Shown: positions 17,085 to 28,182, numbered from the stretch's first letter. The stretch: 64,000 nt of DNA from Pikeienuella sp. (GCA_049608645.1 JBMYXS010000004.1:5814-69813); one strand, 5' to 3'. Notes: generated by a model from the letters alone, not told the origin. Numbers and translations: made by a program.

Positions 17085-19505
17085 CTAGCCCTCCAGTTCG
17101 GCCATCAACGCTTCGGCATCCGCCTCCAGCAGTCGTTCTTCGGCGGCCCCACGTACAGGCATTTTTCCCACTTCCATAAGAAGCGGGGCCGAAAGCGGGG
17201 TTACGCCGTTGGCTTTGACCAGTCTGACATTCCCGCAGATACGGGACAGCATTTCTTCGATACGGTCAAAATCAACCATGCCCGACATGGCCTCACGCCG
17301 TGTCGCTTCCATAATCAGGTGGTCGGGATCGTATTTGATCAACGTGTCGTACAGGATATCAGAGGAGAAAGTCGCCTGCCGCCCGGTCTTCTGCATACCT
17401 GGCAAACGCCGTTCAATCAGGCCTGCGACCGTCGCAGCCTGGCGGAATGACTTCTTCATCATCATGCTATCGAACAACCACCGGTCCAACCCGTCACGAA
17501 ACCCGTCTGCCGAGAAAAGCGGCGCGGGGTCGGTAACCTCTTCAAGCCCCCAAACCATCAACCCATAGTCAGAACAGACATAGCCGAGGGGGTCCAACCC
17601 TGCTTCTTCCATCCGTTTGGTGACGATCAAGCCCATGGTGTGATGGGCGTTCCTGCCCGCAAAACCATAGGCAACCATGTGCCATCGGCCTTTCCGCTCA
17701 TAGGTTTCCACCATGAGTTCACCAGCCCGCGGCAATGACGATATGCGTTGCTGATGACGAAGCCACTTTTCCACCGACCCCGGCAGGTCACGCCATAAGT
17801 CGGGGGTATTCAAAGCATCAATAATGCGATGCGCAAGAAAGGTAGAAACCGCAAGCCGCCCCCCGTTGAACACAGGGATCAACGGGTCGCGCCCCGGTGC
17901 CGGGGACACGCGCACAGTCATTTCCTGCAGCGCATTGTACTGGACCACCTCACCGCCAATCAGAAATGTATCGCCGGGGCGCAGCTGGGCGGCGAATGTT
18001 TCTTCCACTTCGCCTAGTTTGCGCCCGCCCATGCGGCTGCGCGCAGTGCCAGATCGTACCTTGAGTTTCTCCGTTTCAACGATGGTGCCAATATTCATCC
18101 GCAGGCGTTGCGCCGCCCGCGGGTCGCGCAACCGCCACCCGTCTGGCGTCTCCATCAGACGACGCCAACGGTCATAGGCCCGCAGGGCATATCCGCCCGT
18201 TGCGCAAAATTCGAGGCATTGGTCAAACTCCGCGCGCGTGGTTTTCCGATAGGGGCCAACCGCGCTGATCTCGGCAAACAGATCGCCCGCATCAAATGGC
18301 CCGGCGCACGCCGTCAGCAGAATATGCTGACAAAGCACATCAAGCCGCCCCGGCGGTGCAGGCTCACCATCCAGTTCGCCCGCTTCGACCGCCGCGAGGG
18401 CACAGCGGCATTCAATAACTTCCAGCCGATTGCCGGGCACCAATATCGCGCGACTGGGCGCATCAAAGCGGTGATTGGCCCGCCCGATGCGCTGAACCAG
18501 ACGTTTCACGCCCTTTGGCGCACCAACCTGTATGACAAGGTCCACCGCGCCCCAATCAATCCCAAGGTCAAGCGACGATGTGCAGACCACGGCACGCAAC
18601 TGCCCGGCGGCCATTGCGCCCTCTACCCGCTCTCGCGCTTCCCGCGACAACGAACCGTGGTGCAAGGCTATTGGCAGATCGTTGTCATTGACCGCCCATA
18701 GCGCCTGAAAAAACAACTCCGCCAAGGCCCGTGTGTTGATGAAGACGAGCGTTGTACCCGCCTTTTCCACCTCTGCCATGACAGCGCGCGCGGCATAGCG
18801 CCCCCCATCACCGGACCAGGGCGGATCACCCGCCGATTCAAGGATAGAGATGTCCGGCTTTGGCCCCGGCGGGGCCTGTAGAACCCGGCACGCACCTGTT
18901 TCCAGCCAATCGGCCAAGGCCGCAGGGTCTTCGGTTGTTGCGCTCAGCCCAATGCGACGATGCGCAGGCGCGAGCGAGCGCAAACGCCCCAGACACAACG
19001 CCAACTGATCGCCCCGCTTGCCCCCTGCCATGGCATGCGTTTCATCAACGATAACCGCCTTTAGCCCGCCGAAAATGCGCGGCGCATCTTCATAGGACAA
19101 AAGCAAAGCCAAGCTTTCCGGCGTTGTGAGCAGGATATGAGGCGGGTCAGCGCGTTGCCGTCGTCGGGCCGCCTGTTTTGTGTCGCCGGTTCTGTCTTCG
19201 ATACGAAGGGGCAGGCCCATTTCCGTGACGGGTGCCTCCAGGTTGCGGCGAATATCTGTCGCCAATGCCCTCAAAGGAGAGATGTAAAGCGTATGCAGCC
19301 CCGGTCGGGGATCGGCGGCAAGCTCAACAAGTGATGGTAAGAAACCAGCAAGCGTCTTGCCCCCTCCCGTGGGTGCGATCAACAGGTCAGCGGTACCGGG
19401 TGCGGCACGCGCAATCAGCTCCAACTGATAGGCGTGTGGCACCCAGCCGCGCGCGGCGAACCAGTCTGCAAAGGGCGAAGGCAGCGTTGTCATCGCCTTG
19501 AACAT
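17085..19505 (-). CDS. lhr: Ligase-associated DNA damage response DEXH-box helicase (Lhr-core type)
   Basis: Walker A APTGGGKT, DETH box (VIVDETHAM), helicase C motifs, and a C-terminal Lhr winged-helix/DUF1998-like region. 806 aa. Confidence 0.85.
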   Translation of the reverse strand: MFKAMTTLPSPFADWFAARGWVPHAYQLELIARAAPGTADLLIAPTGGGKTLAGFLPSLVELAADPRPGLHTLYISPLRALATDIRRNLEAPVTEMGLPLRIEDRTGDTKQAARRRQRADPPHILLTTPESLALLLSYEDAPRIFGGLKAVIVDETHAMAGGKRGDQLALCLGRLRSLAPAHRRIGLSATTEDPAALADWLETGACRVLQAPPGPKPDISILESAGDPPWSGDGGRYAARAVMAEVEKAGTTLVFINTRALAELFFQALWAVNDNDLPIALHHGSLSREARERVEGAMAAGQLRAVVCTSSLDLGIDWGAVDLVIQVGAPKGVKRLVQRIGRANHRFDAPSRAILVPGNRLEVIECRCALAAVEAGELDGEPAPPGRLDVLCQHILLTACAGPFDAGDLFAEISAVGPYRKTTRAEFDQCLEFCATGGYALRAYDRWRRLMETPDGWRLRDPRAAQRLRMNIGTIVETEKLKVRSGTARSRMGGRKLGEVEETFAAQLRPGDTFLIGGEVVQYNALQEMTVRVSPAPGRDPLIPVFNGGRLAVSTFLAHRIIDALNTPDLWRDLPGSVEKWLRHQQRISSLPRAGELMVETYERKGRWHMVAYGFAGRNAHHTMGLIVTKRMEEAGLDPLGYVCSDYGLMVWGLEEVTDPAPLFSADGFRDGLDRWLFDSMMMKKSFRQAATVAGLIERRLPGMQKTGRQATFSSDILYDTLIKYDPDHLIMEATRREAMSGMVDFDRIEEMLSRICGNVRLVKANGVTPLSAPLLMEVGKMPVRGAAEERLLEADAEALMAELEG

Positions 19506-19629
19506 AGCGTGAACCTATGCAGGCGCAATGCTGCTGATACCATCACTGACGCAGGCGTCTCCGAGTGGAATGGCCCTGCGCAGCGCAACTATTTTGGAGA
19601 TTCGCATGGATAATGGTACTATCAGCGGC

Positions 19630-19932
19630 ATGAAACACATTCTCAGCGCCTTGGCCCTCAGCGCCCTCACCGCAATCGGTGCGCTCGCTGATCCGATTTT
19701 CAAAGCCCCCCCACCGGCAAAGGGCTTTTCTTACCCTGATTGCTTTTGCACCAATCGCGGTGAAAAGGTTCCCATTGGCAAGATGTCGTGCCTGCGTATC
19801 GGCAGCCAGACCTTTACCGCCCGATGCGGCATGTCACTCAACAACCCTGCGTGGCGTGACATGAAACCGGGCTGCGATACCCCTGTCAGCAGCGCGCCGG
19901 ACGTGCAGTCAGAGTTTCTTCAGCCAGGCTAA
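19630..19932 (+). CDS. Small secreted Cys-rich protein (hypothetical)
   Basis: ORF 19528..19932. The signal-peptide-containing start is ATG 19630 (MKHILSALALSALTAIGALA-DP). The mature ~80 aa contain 6 Cys. The 3' end overlaps the convergent DUF1499 gene by 24 nt. Confidence 0.4.
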   Translation: MKHILSALALSALTAIGALADPIFKAPPPAKGFSYPDCFCTNRGEKVPIGKMSCLRIGSQTFTARCGMSLNNPAWRDMKPGCDTPVSSAPDVQSEFLQPG

Positions 19933-20367
19933 AACGCGCTTTTTGTTGACGTCGAAATCGCGCAGGCCATAGCGGCTGCGCGAATAGACATAAAGCTGTG
20001 CACCGCCCGCCGCTTCGACCGCGCGCACAGAGATATAGTCAGGATAAGCCATTTTCGCCGTGCGCTGAATGTAGGTTGCAAAGCCATCGCGCTCTCCCAA
20101 CAGTGATGTGCGCGGCTGTGATAATGCCATACGCTGAAACGCTGTCATCAACGCCTCTGGCGACATGTCATAGACCGGCGAAACCATGTCCCCGCCGGAT
20201 GGGGCGACGACAAAATCGTTCAACGCCTTTGTCGCCTGCACGCCCGCAGGATCAACATGCCACCGCTCGGGGTCATCAGGGGCCATTCTGATATACGCCA
20301 TCAAACCGACGGCCATCAGGATCAGCAAACAAAGCGCATAAAACATATAACGACCCGCCTTTTTCAT
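19909..20367 (-). CDS. DUF1499 domain membrane-anchored protein
   Basis: N-terminal TM followed by the pattern RMAPDDPERWHVDP...YPDYISVRA..LYVYSRSRYG, which matches the DUF1499 family as I recall it. Confidence 0.55.
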   Translation of the reverse strand: MKKAGRYMFYALCLLILMAVGLMAYIRMAPDDPERWHVDPAGVQATKALNDFVVAPSGGDMVSPVYDMSPEALMTAFQRMALSQPRTSLLGERDGFATYIQRTAKMAYPDYISVRAVEAAGGAQLYVYSRSRYGLRDFDVNKKRVLAWLKKL

Positions 20368-20372
20368 CTCAG

Positions 20373-21497
20373 TTATTCAGCAGCATTTTTGGCGGCTGCC
20401 TCTGCCGCTTCGATCTGCGCAGCCCGTGTCTCCACCAGCCCAACGATATGATCGACCATCTTGTCATTGGACAGTTTGTGATCCTGCTTGCCTGCAAGAT
20501 ACACCATACCAGACCCGGCACCGCCACCTGTGAAACCGATATCAGTCATCAGGGCTTCGCCCGGTCCGTTAACCACGCAACCAATAATCGACAGCGACAT
20601 TGAGGTCTGGATATGCGCCAGGCGCTCCTCCAACTTTCCAACAGTCTCGATCACGTTGAAACCCTGCCGGGCGCAGGATGGGCAGGAAATGATCGTGACA
20701 CCGCGGTGCCGCAGACCGAGAGATTTCAATATCTCGAATCCGACCTTTACCTCTTCTTCCGGCTCAGCTGACAGGCTGACGCGAATGGTATCGCCTATAC
20801 CCATCCACAAAAGGTTACCCAGACCGATTGCCGATTTGACAGAGCCTGAGACAAAACCACCAGCCTCCGTAACACCAAGGTGAATGGGCGCATCCGTTGC
20901 CTCTGCCAGTCCCTGATAGGCCGCGGCTGTCATAAAGACGTCAGAGGCTTTCACGCTGATCTTGAATTCGTGAAAATCGTGATCCTGTAGCAGTCGAATA
21001 TGATCCAAACCGCTTTCAACCATCGCATCGGGACAGGGTTCGCCATATTTGTCGAGCAAGTGCTTTTCGAGCGAGCCGGCATTCACGCCGATGCGGATGG
21101 AACACCCGTTATCCTTTGCCGCCCGCACCACTTCGCCAACGCGATCAGCAGACCCGATGTTGCCGGGGTTGATCCGCAAACAGGCCGCGCCTGCCTCCGC
21201 CGCTTCGATCCCGCGTTTATAGTGGAAATGAATATCCGCCACCAAAGGCACCGGGCTTTCAGCCGCGATTTCCTTGAAAGCCTTGGTCGAGGCTTCATCA
21301 GGGCATGAAACACGCACAATATCCGCGCCAGCCGCTGCGCACCGCTGGATTTGCTCAATGGTGGCTTTGACATCGGTCGTCGGCGTGTTTGTCATGGTCT
21401 GCACCGATATCGGCGCGTCGCCGCCAACCTCGACAGATCCAACACGTATTTTACGGGAAACGCGGCGTTCGATATCGCGCCAGGGTCGCAAGCTCAT
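20373..21497 (-). CDS. ispG: 4-hydroxy-3-methylbut-2-en-1-yl diphosphate synthase (flavodoxin)
   Basis: Full-length GcpE: [23 protein letters not shown], and the CPSCAR...GCVVNGPGE Fe-S cysteines. Confidence 0.95.
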   Translation of the reverse strand: MSLRPWRDIERRVSRKIRVGSVEVGGDAPISVQTMTNTPTTDVKATIEQIQRCAAAGADIVRVSCPDEASTKAFKEIAAESPVPLVADIHFHYKRGIEAAEAGAACLRINPGNIGSADRVGEVVRAAKDNGCSIRIGVNAGSLEKHLLDKYGEPCPDAMVESGLDHIRLLQDHDFHEFKISVKASDVFMTAAAYQGLAEATDAPIHLGVTEAGGFVSGSVKSAIGLGNLLWMGIGDTIRVSLSAEPEEEVKVGFEILKSLGLRHRGVTIISCPSCARQGFNVIETVGKLEERLAHIQTSMSLSIIGCVVNGPGEALMTDIGFTGGGAGSGMVYLAGKQDHKLSNDKMVDHIVGLVETRAAQIEAAEAAAKNAAE

Positions 21498-21632
21498 GGC
21501 ATCCTCATCAGTCTTTCGACGCGCAGAATTTCAGGGAAGGTGGCGTCAGAGAACACCTAGTCTGTCTGCCCCCATACGACCAGTGAGACGTGTCAGCGCG
21601 CCCCCGCGCAAACCCCGTTTCGATGGGGTCGC

Positions 21633-22991
21633 TCAATCAAGCGGCAGTTGCGCAACCGCTTCGCGTGCTTCAACCGCGGCGCGACGGGCTGAACCGACGG
21701 CTTCAAACGCCACGTCGTCCGCCACGGGGTAAGAGGCCCGGATCGCTTCCGGCGTCAGCTGCACATTTTTTGCAACAACAGGACCAGCCCCCAACGGGCC
21801 GAATGCGGCGTCGCCAACAACAAGATAAACCGCGCCCGCATTTCCCGCACGCAGCACCGGCGCATCGGCATCCACTGGAAGGATGAAACGATCACCCGCG
21901 CCAAGAATGCCCGTGAACAGGGTTTTTGCATCGCCATCGCGAACACGAAGCCAGGCATCTTCCACGGCGACAATGTTGATAGCGACGGATGAAACCGGAT
22001 CAATCGTGCCATTGTCGATCATGGTACGCCCGGCAAGTTCGGCAATCGGATTGCTCGACAAGGCATCATCCAGACGAGCAGCACTGGGCGTTGTGGCAAA
22101 CGCTGTCACACCCAACACATCATCAATGGATACAGCCGCCGCAGCAGCAGCGGCACGTTCTGACGCGGCAACTGCGCCATCGGGGCCATCCACGCGATTT
22201 GAAGGTGGCGTGACCGCGTCATCAGCGGCGTACACACCGGCGCGCATCGGGTCGATTGAGGATATCGGACCATCACGCGGCTCGATGACCGGTGGGGTAA
22301 ATTCCTGCTCTGCGTATAGTTCCGCCAGCGAAATACGTGGCGCGCCAATCGCATCACCGCCCTCGGGCGCGGCGTCAGCCTGTACATAAGCCGTAGGGGC
22401 CTGAATGTCAGGCGCGGAAACCAGCACCTCCGGCGCATCAGGCAATGGCGCAAACCCTACACGTTGCAGGTTTTGCAACACCGTCCACCCGCCGAAGCCA
22501 AGACCAACAACCAAAGCACCGAGCGCAGCAACCGAAGCCAAACCACGCAGCGACGACCCAAAGTCAACACGAGCTGCCCGCGCGTTCGCAGGTGCAAAAC
22601 GGTTGTTGATCACAAGATCATCAACCTTTCGGCCCGGATTAACCTTCTGCTTGGGGGTCGCGTTCAGCGTTGGTTCAACCGAAACTTCTTCGGAGGCACG
22701 AAACCCGCTTTCAGCACAAAACCGACGATAAACATCATCAGGATCAAGGTTCAGATATCGAGCGTAAGAGCGGATGTATCCAGAGGCGAAACCCGGCGCG
22801 GTAAAGGCACTCGCGTCAGCATTTTCGATGGCATCAATCAGATCAGCCCGCAGCCGCAGTTCGCGCTGCACGTCAAGAAGGGTCTTCCCCTTCGAGGCAC
22901 GTTCCCCGCGCAACTGGTCGCCGAGCTTGACCTCAAAAGAGTCAAACCCTTGCAAACCGGGATGAAACGCTTTCCCCATGACTGATCGCAC
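21633..22991 (-). CDS. RodZ-like cytoskeleton protein (HTH + TM + DUF4115)
   Basis: XRE-type HTH (GKTLLDVQRELRLRADLIDAIE), one TM (LASVAALGALVVGLGFGGWTVL), a low-complexity Ala/Asp linker, and a C-terminal beta domain (AWLRVRDGDAKTLFTGILGAGDRF). Conserved rodZ-ispG adjacency. Start uncertain: GTG 22991 or ATG 22979. Confidence 0.7.
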   Translation of the reverse strand: MRSVMGKAFHPGLQGFDSFEVKLGDQLRGERASKGKTLLDVQRELRLRADLIDAIENADASAFTAPGFASGYIRSYARYLNLDPDDVYRRFCAESGFRASEEVSVEPTLNATPKQKVNPGRKVDDLVINNRFAPANARAARVDFGSSLRGLASVAALGALVVGLGFGGWTVLQNLQRVGFAPLPDAPEVLVSAPDIQAPTAYVQADAAPEGGDAIGAPRISLAELYAEQEFTPPVIEPRDGPISSIDPMRAGVYAADDAVTPPSNRVDGPDGAVAASERAAAAAAAVSIDDVLGVTAFATTPSAARLDDALSSNPIAELAGRTMIDNGTIDPVSSVAINIVAVEDAWLRVRDGDAKTLFTGILGAGDRFILPVDADAPVLRAGNAGAVYLVVGDAAFGPLGAGPVVAKNVQLTPEAIRASYPVADDVAFEAVGSARRAAVEAREAVAQLPLD

Positions 22992-23256
22992 CGCTATGAA
23001 AACCTGAGTGATTTATACAGTTCCTCCACCGTCAGCGCAAGTTAACTAACGGTATTCACACAAGGTTTTGGTCACGAAATATGTCGAATTCACGTCCGAT
23101 TGCACAGTATTCGCGACGAGGGAGACTGCCAAAGAGGCTACACAACCCGAACTTGGTTCAGTGTCGGAAACACTTGCCTGCCTTCGAATCGACCGAATAC
23201 GGCCTTGACGTGCGATCGTATCGCGCCATCTCACGTTCGGAAAGAAAGGGCCTAGC

Positions 23257-24021
23257 ATGGATATTTTCGGATCGCTTCTTCCTGCATTCGCTGTCAGCCT
23301 AGGCGTGTTCATCGCGCTCTGGCCCATCAGTGTTTTGATACGCGATGTCAGCATCGTGGACGCATGGTGGGGGCCCGGATTTCTTGCGGCGGTTCTGATC
23401 GCGTGGGACGGCCAAACCGATACACGAACAGTCCTGCTTTTGGGCCTCGTCGGCATATGGGCGCTTCGCCTTGGCATTGTGATGATACGGCGTCGCCTTG
23501 CGCACGGGGCCGAAGATTCGCGTTATCAGTTATTACGTGAAGGTTGGGGCGCATCGTTTTGGTGGAAAAGCCTTTTTGTGGTTTTCCTGCTTCAGGGCAT
23601 ATTGCAGTGCATCATTGCCCTGCCGCCCCTGATGGTTTTGAGCGTTCAACCGGTTTCAATGGGCATCCTCGGCGTGATCGGGGGCGCAGTCGCATTTGCC
23701 GGGCTGGCGCTTGAGGCGATCGCAGATCACCAGCTTGATGCCTTCAAACGAACGAACGCGAAGGGCGAAATTTGCAAAACAGGGTTACGCGCTCATGTGC
23801 GCCACCCCAACTACACCGGAGAGATGATTTTCTGGTTTGGCATTTGGCTGATTGCGACAGAGGCTGGTGCCTGGTGGACCGCCATTTCTCCGCTACTGCT
23901 CGTATTTCTGCTCACAAAGGTTTCAGGGGCGCCAATGTTAATGGATTCCATGTCGCGCTCACGCCCCGGATATGTCGCCTACACTAAAATGACACCCGCA
24001 TTTCTTCCGAAGGTCAGTTGA
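23257..24021 (+). CDS. DUF1295 family membrane protein (steroid-5-alpha-reductase/ICMT-like fold)
   Basis: 6-7 TM segments. C-terminal motif GLRAHVRHPNYTGEMIFWFG, characteristic of DUF1295/ICMT-like enzymes. Confidence 0.65.
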   Translation: MDIFGSLLPAFAVSLGVFIALWPISVLIRDVSIVDAWWGPGFLAAVLIAWDGQTDTRTVLLLGLVGIWALRLGIVMIRRRLAHGAEDSRYQLLREGWGASFWWKSLFVVFLLQGILQCIIALPPLMVLSVQPVSMGILGVIGGAVAFAGLALEAIADHQLDAFKRTNAKGEICKTGLRAHVRHPNYTGEMIFWFGIWLIATEAGAWWTAISPLLLVFLLTKVSGAPMLMDSMSRSRPGYVAYTKMTPAFLPKVS

Positions 24022-25594
24022 GCGCACGTAGTACCTTTGGCAATTCTTCGGCCAGATCTTCGGCGATTAGGCCCGGCCCGAAAGAACGTGCGCATTCCTG
24101 ATGAAGCCAGGCACCTTCCTCCGCTGCTTGTCGCGCGTCATATCCCCGCGCCAGCAAGCCCGCGATAAACCCGGCCAATACATCGCCCGCGCCCGCCGTT
24201 GCCAACCACGGGCACGCGCGGTCACGTACGGCGGCCACGATCAAAGCAAGGCCATTCGGCCAACTGATGACGGTATCCGCCCCTTTCAACAAGACAACAC
24301 ACCCGGCCCGCGCCGCCGCCGCGCGGGTTGCATCGACCTTGGAAAAGGCCGGGCCGGATGTGACGGCGCCGATCATCTGCGCCGATATGTCAGGAAACAG
24401 TTTTTGAAATTCACCTGTATGCGGCGTCAGCACTGTTTCCGTGCCCGATGTCATGGCGAACAATGCCTCTGGCGCGTCGCAGAATGAAGCCAAAGCGCCC
24501 GCATCCAGCACAAAGGCGCGCGGCCCGTCAGCCGCAAAAGCGGTGGAGATCAAGGCACGTGTTTCCGCCCCCACAGAAAGACCCGGCCCAATCACCATTA
24601 CGCGCAGACGGTGATCGCGCAAAACCTCCGCTAACCCGTCAGGGCCATTTATGCGTTGCAACATGATGGCGTTCAGCTGTGCCGCATTTTCAATTAGTGC
24701 AGACGGCGGTGCCCCAACTGTTACAGCCCCTGCCCCAATACGCAGCGCCCCACGCGCCGCCAGCCTGGCAGCACCGCCCTTCCCGACGCCGCCAGACAAA
24801 ACCAAGACGTGCCCATGCGTATACTTGTGACCCGGCACCTTTATATGCGGCCGATCAACCGCAGCCAGCCTTATGAGGTGACGATCAATTGCCGTCGAAA
24901 CCTGTTTGGCCCCATGAGGCGCGGTCAGCGCATTTTGCGCGTGAGCATCCTCTATCCCGAGGGATACAACCTCAACCGCACCACATAATGCCGGCCCTTG
25001 GGCGAGAAAATGGGCCGGTTTGGCCCAACCGAAGGTAACGGTGAGATCAGCGCGAAAGGCTGCATCCCCAATCACCCGCCCGCTGTCGCTGTCCAAACCT
25101 GACGGAACATCAACAGAGACAAGGAAACCCCACTTTGCGGTTTCATCCAACGCCCCCCAGGCATTCGCGAGGTCCGCAATGTGACCCGGCAAGGGGCGCT
25201 TCATCCCCGTTCCGAACAGGGCGTCTACAACAAGCCTTGCATTGCCTCGAAGAAGGTCTTCTATCGGCAGAACATCACCCAACACACGCCACAAACGGCA
25301 ATTTTCAGCCGCATCAGGCGGGAGTTTTTCTTCGTTCCCCCAAAGATAAACCCGCACATCACAGCCTTTTTCGGACAGGAGACGCGCGATGACAAACCCA
25401 TCGCCGCCGTTATTTCCCGGACCACAAAGAACCACCACTTCGGACCGTTCCGCGACCAGATCTGGCCTGTGCTTGAATATGGCATCAACAACGCCGCGCC
25501 CGGCGCGCTCCATCAATTCGCCGCCGGTCGTGGCACCGCTGTTTATGGCAGTCTGTTCGATGGCACGCATTTGCGCGGCTGTGACCAAATCCAT
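24014..25594 (-). CDS. nnr: Bifunctional NAD(P)H-hydrate repair enzyme (epimerase / ADP-dependent dehydratase)
   Basis: YjeF N-terminal domain (VLCGPGNNGGDG) fused to a YjeF C-terminal carbohydrate-kinase domain (GAGDVLAG). 526 aa. Confidence 0.85.
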   Translation of the reverse strand: MDLVTAAQMRAIEQTAINSGATTGGELMERAGRGVVDAIFKHRPDLVAERSEVVVLCGPGNNGGDGFVIARLLSEKGCDVRVYLWGNEEKLPPDAAENCRLWRVLGDVLPIEDLLRGNARLVVDALFGTGMKRPLPGHIADLANAWGALDETAKWGFLVSVDVPSGLDSDSGRVIGDAAFRADLTVTFGWAKPAHFLAQGPALCGAVEVVSLGIEDAHAQNALTAPHGAKQVSTAIDRHLIRLAAVDRPHIKVPGHKYTHGHVLVLSGGVGKGGAARLAARGALRIGAGAVTVGAPPSALIENAAQLNAIMLQRINGPDGLAEVLRDHRLRVMVIGPGLSVGAETRALISTAFAADGPRAFVLDAGALASFCDAPEALFAMTSGTETVLTPHTGEFQKLFPDISAQMIGAVTSGPAFSKVDATRAAAARAGCVVLLKGADTVISWPNGLALIVAAVRDRACPWLATAGAGDVLAGFIAGLLARGYDARQAAEEGAWLHQECARSFGPGLIAEDLAEELPKVLRALN

Positions 25595-25636
25595 GATGAC
25601 CCTTCAATTCGCCCAATCTTTGGGCAATCTGCATAA

Positions 25637-26125
<489 letters not shown>

Positions 26126-26188
26126 TGCGCCTCTCTCCGCCATAAGACATACGTAAAAACAGACCATCAGACCAAAAGGGACTACGCG

Positions 26189-27598
26189 ATGAGCGACGTA
26201 CAAGCCTTTCTCGACACCATCAAATCTGAGGACATCGCCTATGTCGATGTTCGTTTCACCGACCCGCGCGGCAAGTTGCAGCACGTCACGATCATGCAGG
26301 ATCAGGTTGACGAAGACTTCCTGCTCGAAGGCTTCATGTTTGACGGCTCCTCCATCGCGGGCTGGAAATCCATCGACCAGTCAGACATGAAACTGATGCC
26401 CGATGTGACATCCGCTTATATTGACCCGTTCTACGCCGAAAAAACGATCTGCGTGCATTGCGATGTCGTAGAGCCTGACACCGGCGAGCGTTATGAGCGT
26501 GACCCACGTGGCACCGCACGCAAAGCCGAAGAGTATCTGAAATCATCCGGCATTGGCGACACATCCTTCTGGGGCCCAGAAGCAGAGTTTTTCCTGTTTG
26601 ACGATGTGCGCTTCTCCAACTCCATCAACAAAGTGTCCTATGAAGTCGACGCGATCGACGCATCCTGGAACACCGATGCTGAGTATGAAATGGGCAACAT
26701 GGGCCACCGCCCCGGCCTCAAGGGTGGGTACTTCCCGGTTAACCCAACCGACCACGCACAGGACATCCGCTCTGAGATGCTTTCAACGATGAAAGCAATC
26801 GGCATGAATGTCGACAAGCATCACCACGAAGTGGCTTCCTGCCAGCATGAGCTTGGCCTCGTGTTTGGTACGCTGACCGAACAGGCTGACCACCTGCAGA
26901 AATACAAATATGTCATCCACAACGTAGCGGCTGCATACGGCAAGACGGCGACTTTCATGCCCAAGCCCATCGCAGGGGACAACGGCACGGGCATGCACGT
27001 TAACCAGTCAATCTGGAAAGACGGCAAGCCATTGTTCGCAGGTGACAAATACGCTGACCTCAGCGATGACGCGCTATACTATATTGGCGGCGTTCTGAAG
27101 CACGCAAAGGCGCTGAACGCGTTCTGTAACGCGTCAACCAACTCCTACAAGCGTTTGATCCCAGGTTTCGAAGCCCCTGTATTGCTTGCTTACTCGGCAT
27201 CCAACCGCTCAGGCGCGGTTCGCATCCCATGGACGCAGTCACCAAAAGCGAAACGTGTTGAAACACGCTTCCCTGACCCAACCGCAAACCCATACCTGTG
27301 CTTTGCAGCCTTGCTGATGGCCGGCATCGACGGGATCAAGAACAAGATCCATCCGGGCGAAGCCTCCGACAAAGATCTTTATGATCTCCCACCGGAAGAG
27401 CTTGCCGGCATCCCAACGGTTTGCGGCTCGCTCCGTGAAGCCCTTGAAGCACTGGAAGCTGACAATGACTTCCTGACCGCGGGTGATGTGTTCACCAAAG
27501 ATCAGATTCAGGGCTATCTCGATCTGAAATGGGAAGAAGTGTACGCGTTCGAACACGCACCGCACCCTGTAGAATACCAGATGTACTATTCCTGCTAA
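26189..27598 (+). CDS. glnA: Glutamine synthetase type I
   Basis: 469 aa. GSI signatures ([22 protein letters not shown]) and the adenylylation-loop region NLYDLPPEE-like ([10 protein letters not shown]). Confidence 0.95.
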   Translation: MSDVQAFLDTIKSEDIAYVDVRFTDPRGKLQHVTIMQDQVDEDFLLEGFMFDGSSIAGWKSIDQSDMKLMPDVTSAYIDPFYAEKTICVHCDVVEPDTGERYERDPRGTARKAEEYLKSSGIGDTSFWGPEAEFFLFDDVRFSNSINKVSYEVDAIDASWNTDAEYEMGNMGHRPGLKGGYFPVNPTDHAQDIRSEMLSTMKAIGMNVDKHHHEVASCQHELGLVFGTLTEQADHLQKYKYVIHNVAAAYGKTATFMPKPIAGDNGTGMHVNQSIWKDGKPLFAGDKYADLSDDALYYIGGVLKHAKALNAFCNASTNSYKRLIPGFEAPVLLAYSASNRSGAVRIPWTQSPKAKRVETRFPDPTANPYLCFAALLMAGIDGIKNKIHPGEASDKDLYDLPPEELAGIPTVCGSLREALEALEADNDFLTAGDVFTKDQIQGYLDLKWEEVYAFEHAPHPVEYQMYYSC

Positions 27599-27622
27599 TC
27601 GCAGCCACATCGACAATTATTG

Positions 27623-27653
27623 GCGGGGCCTTCGCGGGCCCCGCTTTTATTTT
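27623..27653 (+). terminator. Rho-independent terminator of glnBA
   Basis: Stem gcggggcc (27623-27630) / ggccccgc (27637-27644), followed by ttttatttt. Confidence 0.8.
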
Positions 27654-27671
27654 GAGGTATGTTTGACGATC

Positions 27672-27701
27672 CGCGCAAACAACTAAAAAGAATGTTGCGC
27701 G
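27672..27701. promoter_or_regulatory. Inverted repeat CGCGCAA-N16-TTGCGCG in an AT-rich spacer upstream of the TM/S8 cassette
   Basis: Perfect 7-bp arms at 27672-27678 and 27695-27701 around an A-rich 16-nt spacer. Located between the glnA terminator and the next ORF. Could be an operator or a hairpin. Confidence 0.25.
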
Positions 27702-27733
27702 AAATTCATTAACCTTTAATTCTAGCTGGACGT

Positions 27734-28126
27734 GTGTGCGGATGGGGGTCCGCTGACGATCGGAGGCAACGCGCGTTGGGGGTTAACGAAGTTCTGAACT
27801 TCGCGCTGGCGGTCTTTGGCCTGATTGGCTGGATGAGCGTCTGGGCGGTGGTGCGTTCGCCGAACGCGCAAGGGCGGCGCGCCCGGTTGATAGGAATCAA
27901 CCTGTGCGTTTTCGCGTTTGTCGCCACACTGCTTGCGCTGTCAGAACCCGGCACAACCGATCTGCGTTTCTATCTTTATGTTCATGCCGCAGCAGTGACG
28001 GCACTTGATCTTGCCATTGTTCGCTGGCGGCGATGGCGCATTTGGTCAGGGCTTCGGTTTGAGCAAAGCGACCTTGACCGCCGCCCCCAGCGGGTGATGC
28101 GCCGCGGCAAGACCAGCGCACGCTGA
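27734..28126 (+). CDS. Small membrane protein with 3 predicted TM segments and an Arg-rich C-terminal tail (hypothetical)
   Basis: GTG-start ORF with mostly G/C third codon positions. Hydrophobic segments VLNFALAVFGLIGWMSVWAVV, LIGINLCVFAFVATLLAL and LYVHAAAVTALDLAIV, then RWRRWRIWSGL...RRPQRVMRRGKTSAR. No family recognised. Start uncertain. Confidence 0.4.
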   Translation: MCGWGSADDRRQRALGVNEVLNFALAVFGLIGWMSVWAVVRSPNAQGRRARLIGINLCVFAFVATLLALSEPGTTDLRFYLYVHAAAVTALDLAIVRWRRWRIWSGLRFEQSDLDRRPQRVMRRGKTSAR

Positions 28127-28182
28127 ATTGTGATATCCTTAAGTCGGGCACGCCATAAGCGCACCAGACAAGGGAGATTTCC

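Noticed and set aside
23257-24021. DUF1295/ICMT-like membrane protein as the methanethiol methyltransferase MddA, given the DMSP context elsewhere in the window.
   Set aside because: The sequence shows the classic DUF1295 C-terminal motif (RHPNYTGE), and the gene lies 7.5 kb from dddP among housekeeping genes. There is no specific evidence for MddA.
27734-28126. Small protein next to the S8 protease as a bacterial gasdermin.
   Set aside because: At 130 aa with three constitutively hydrophobic segments it does not resemble gasdermins, which are soluble proteins of about 240-270 aa. Only the general protease-plus-membrane-protein logic is retained as a hypothesis.
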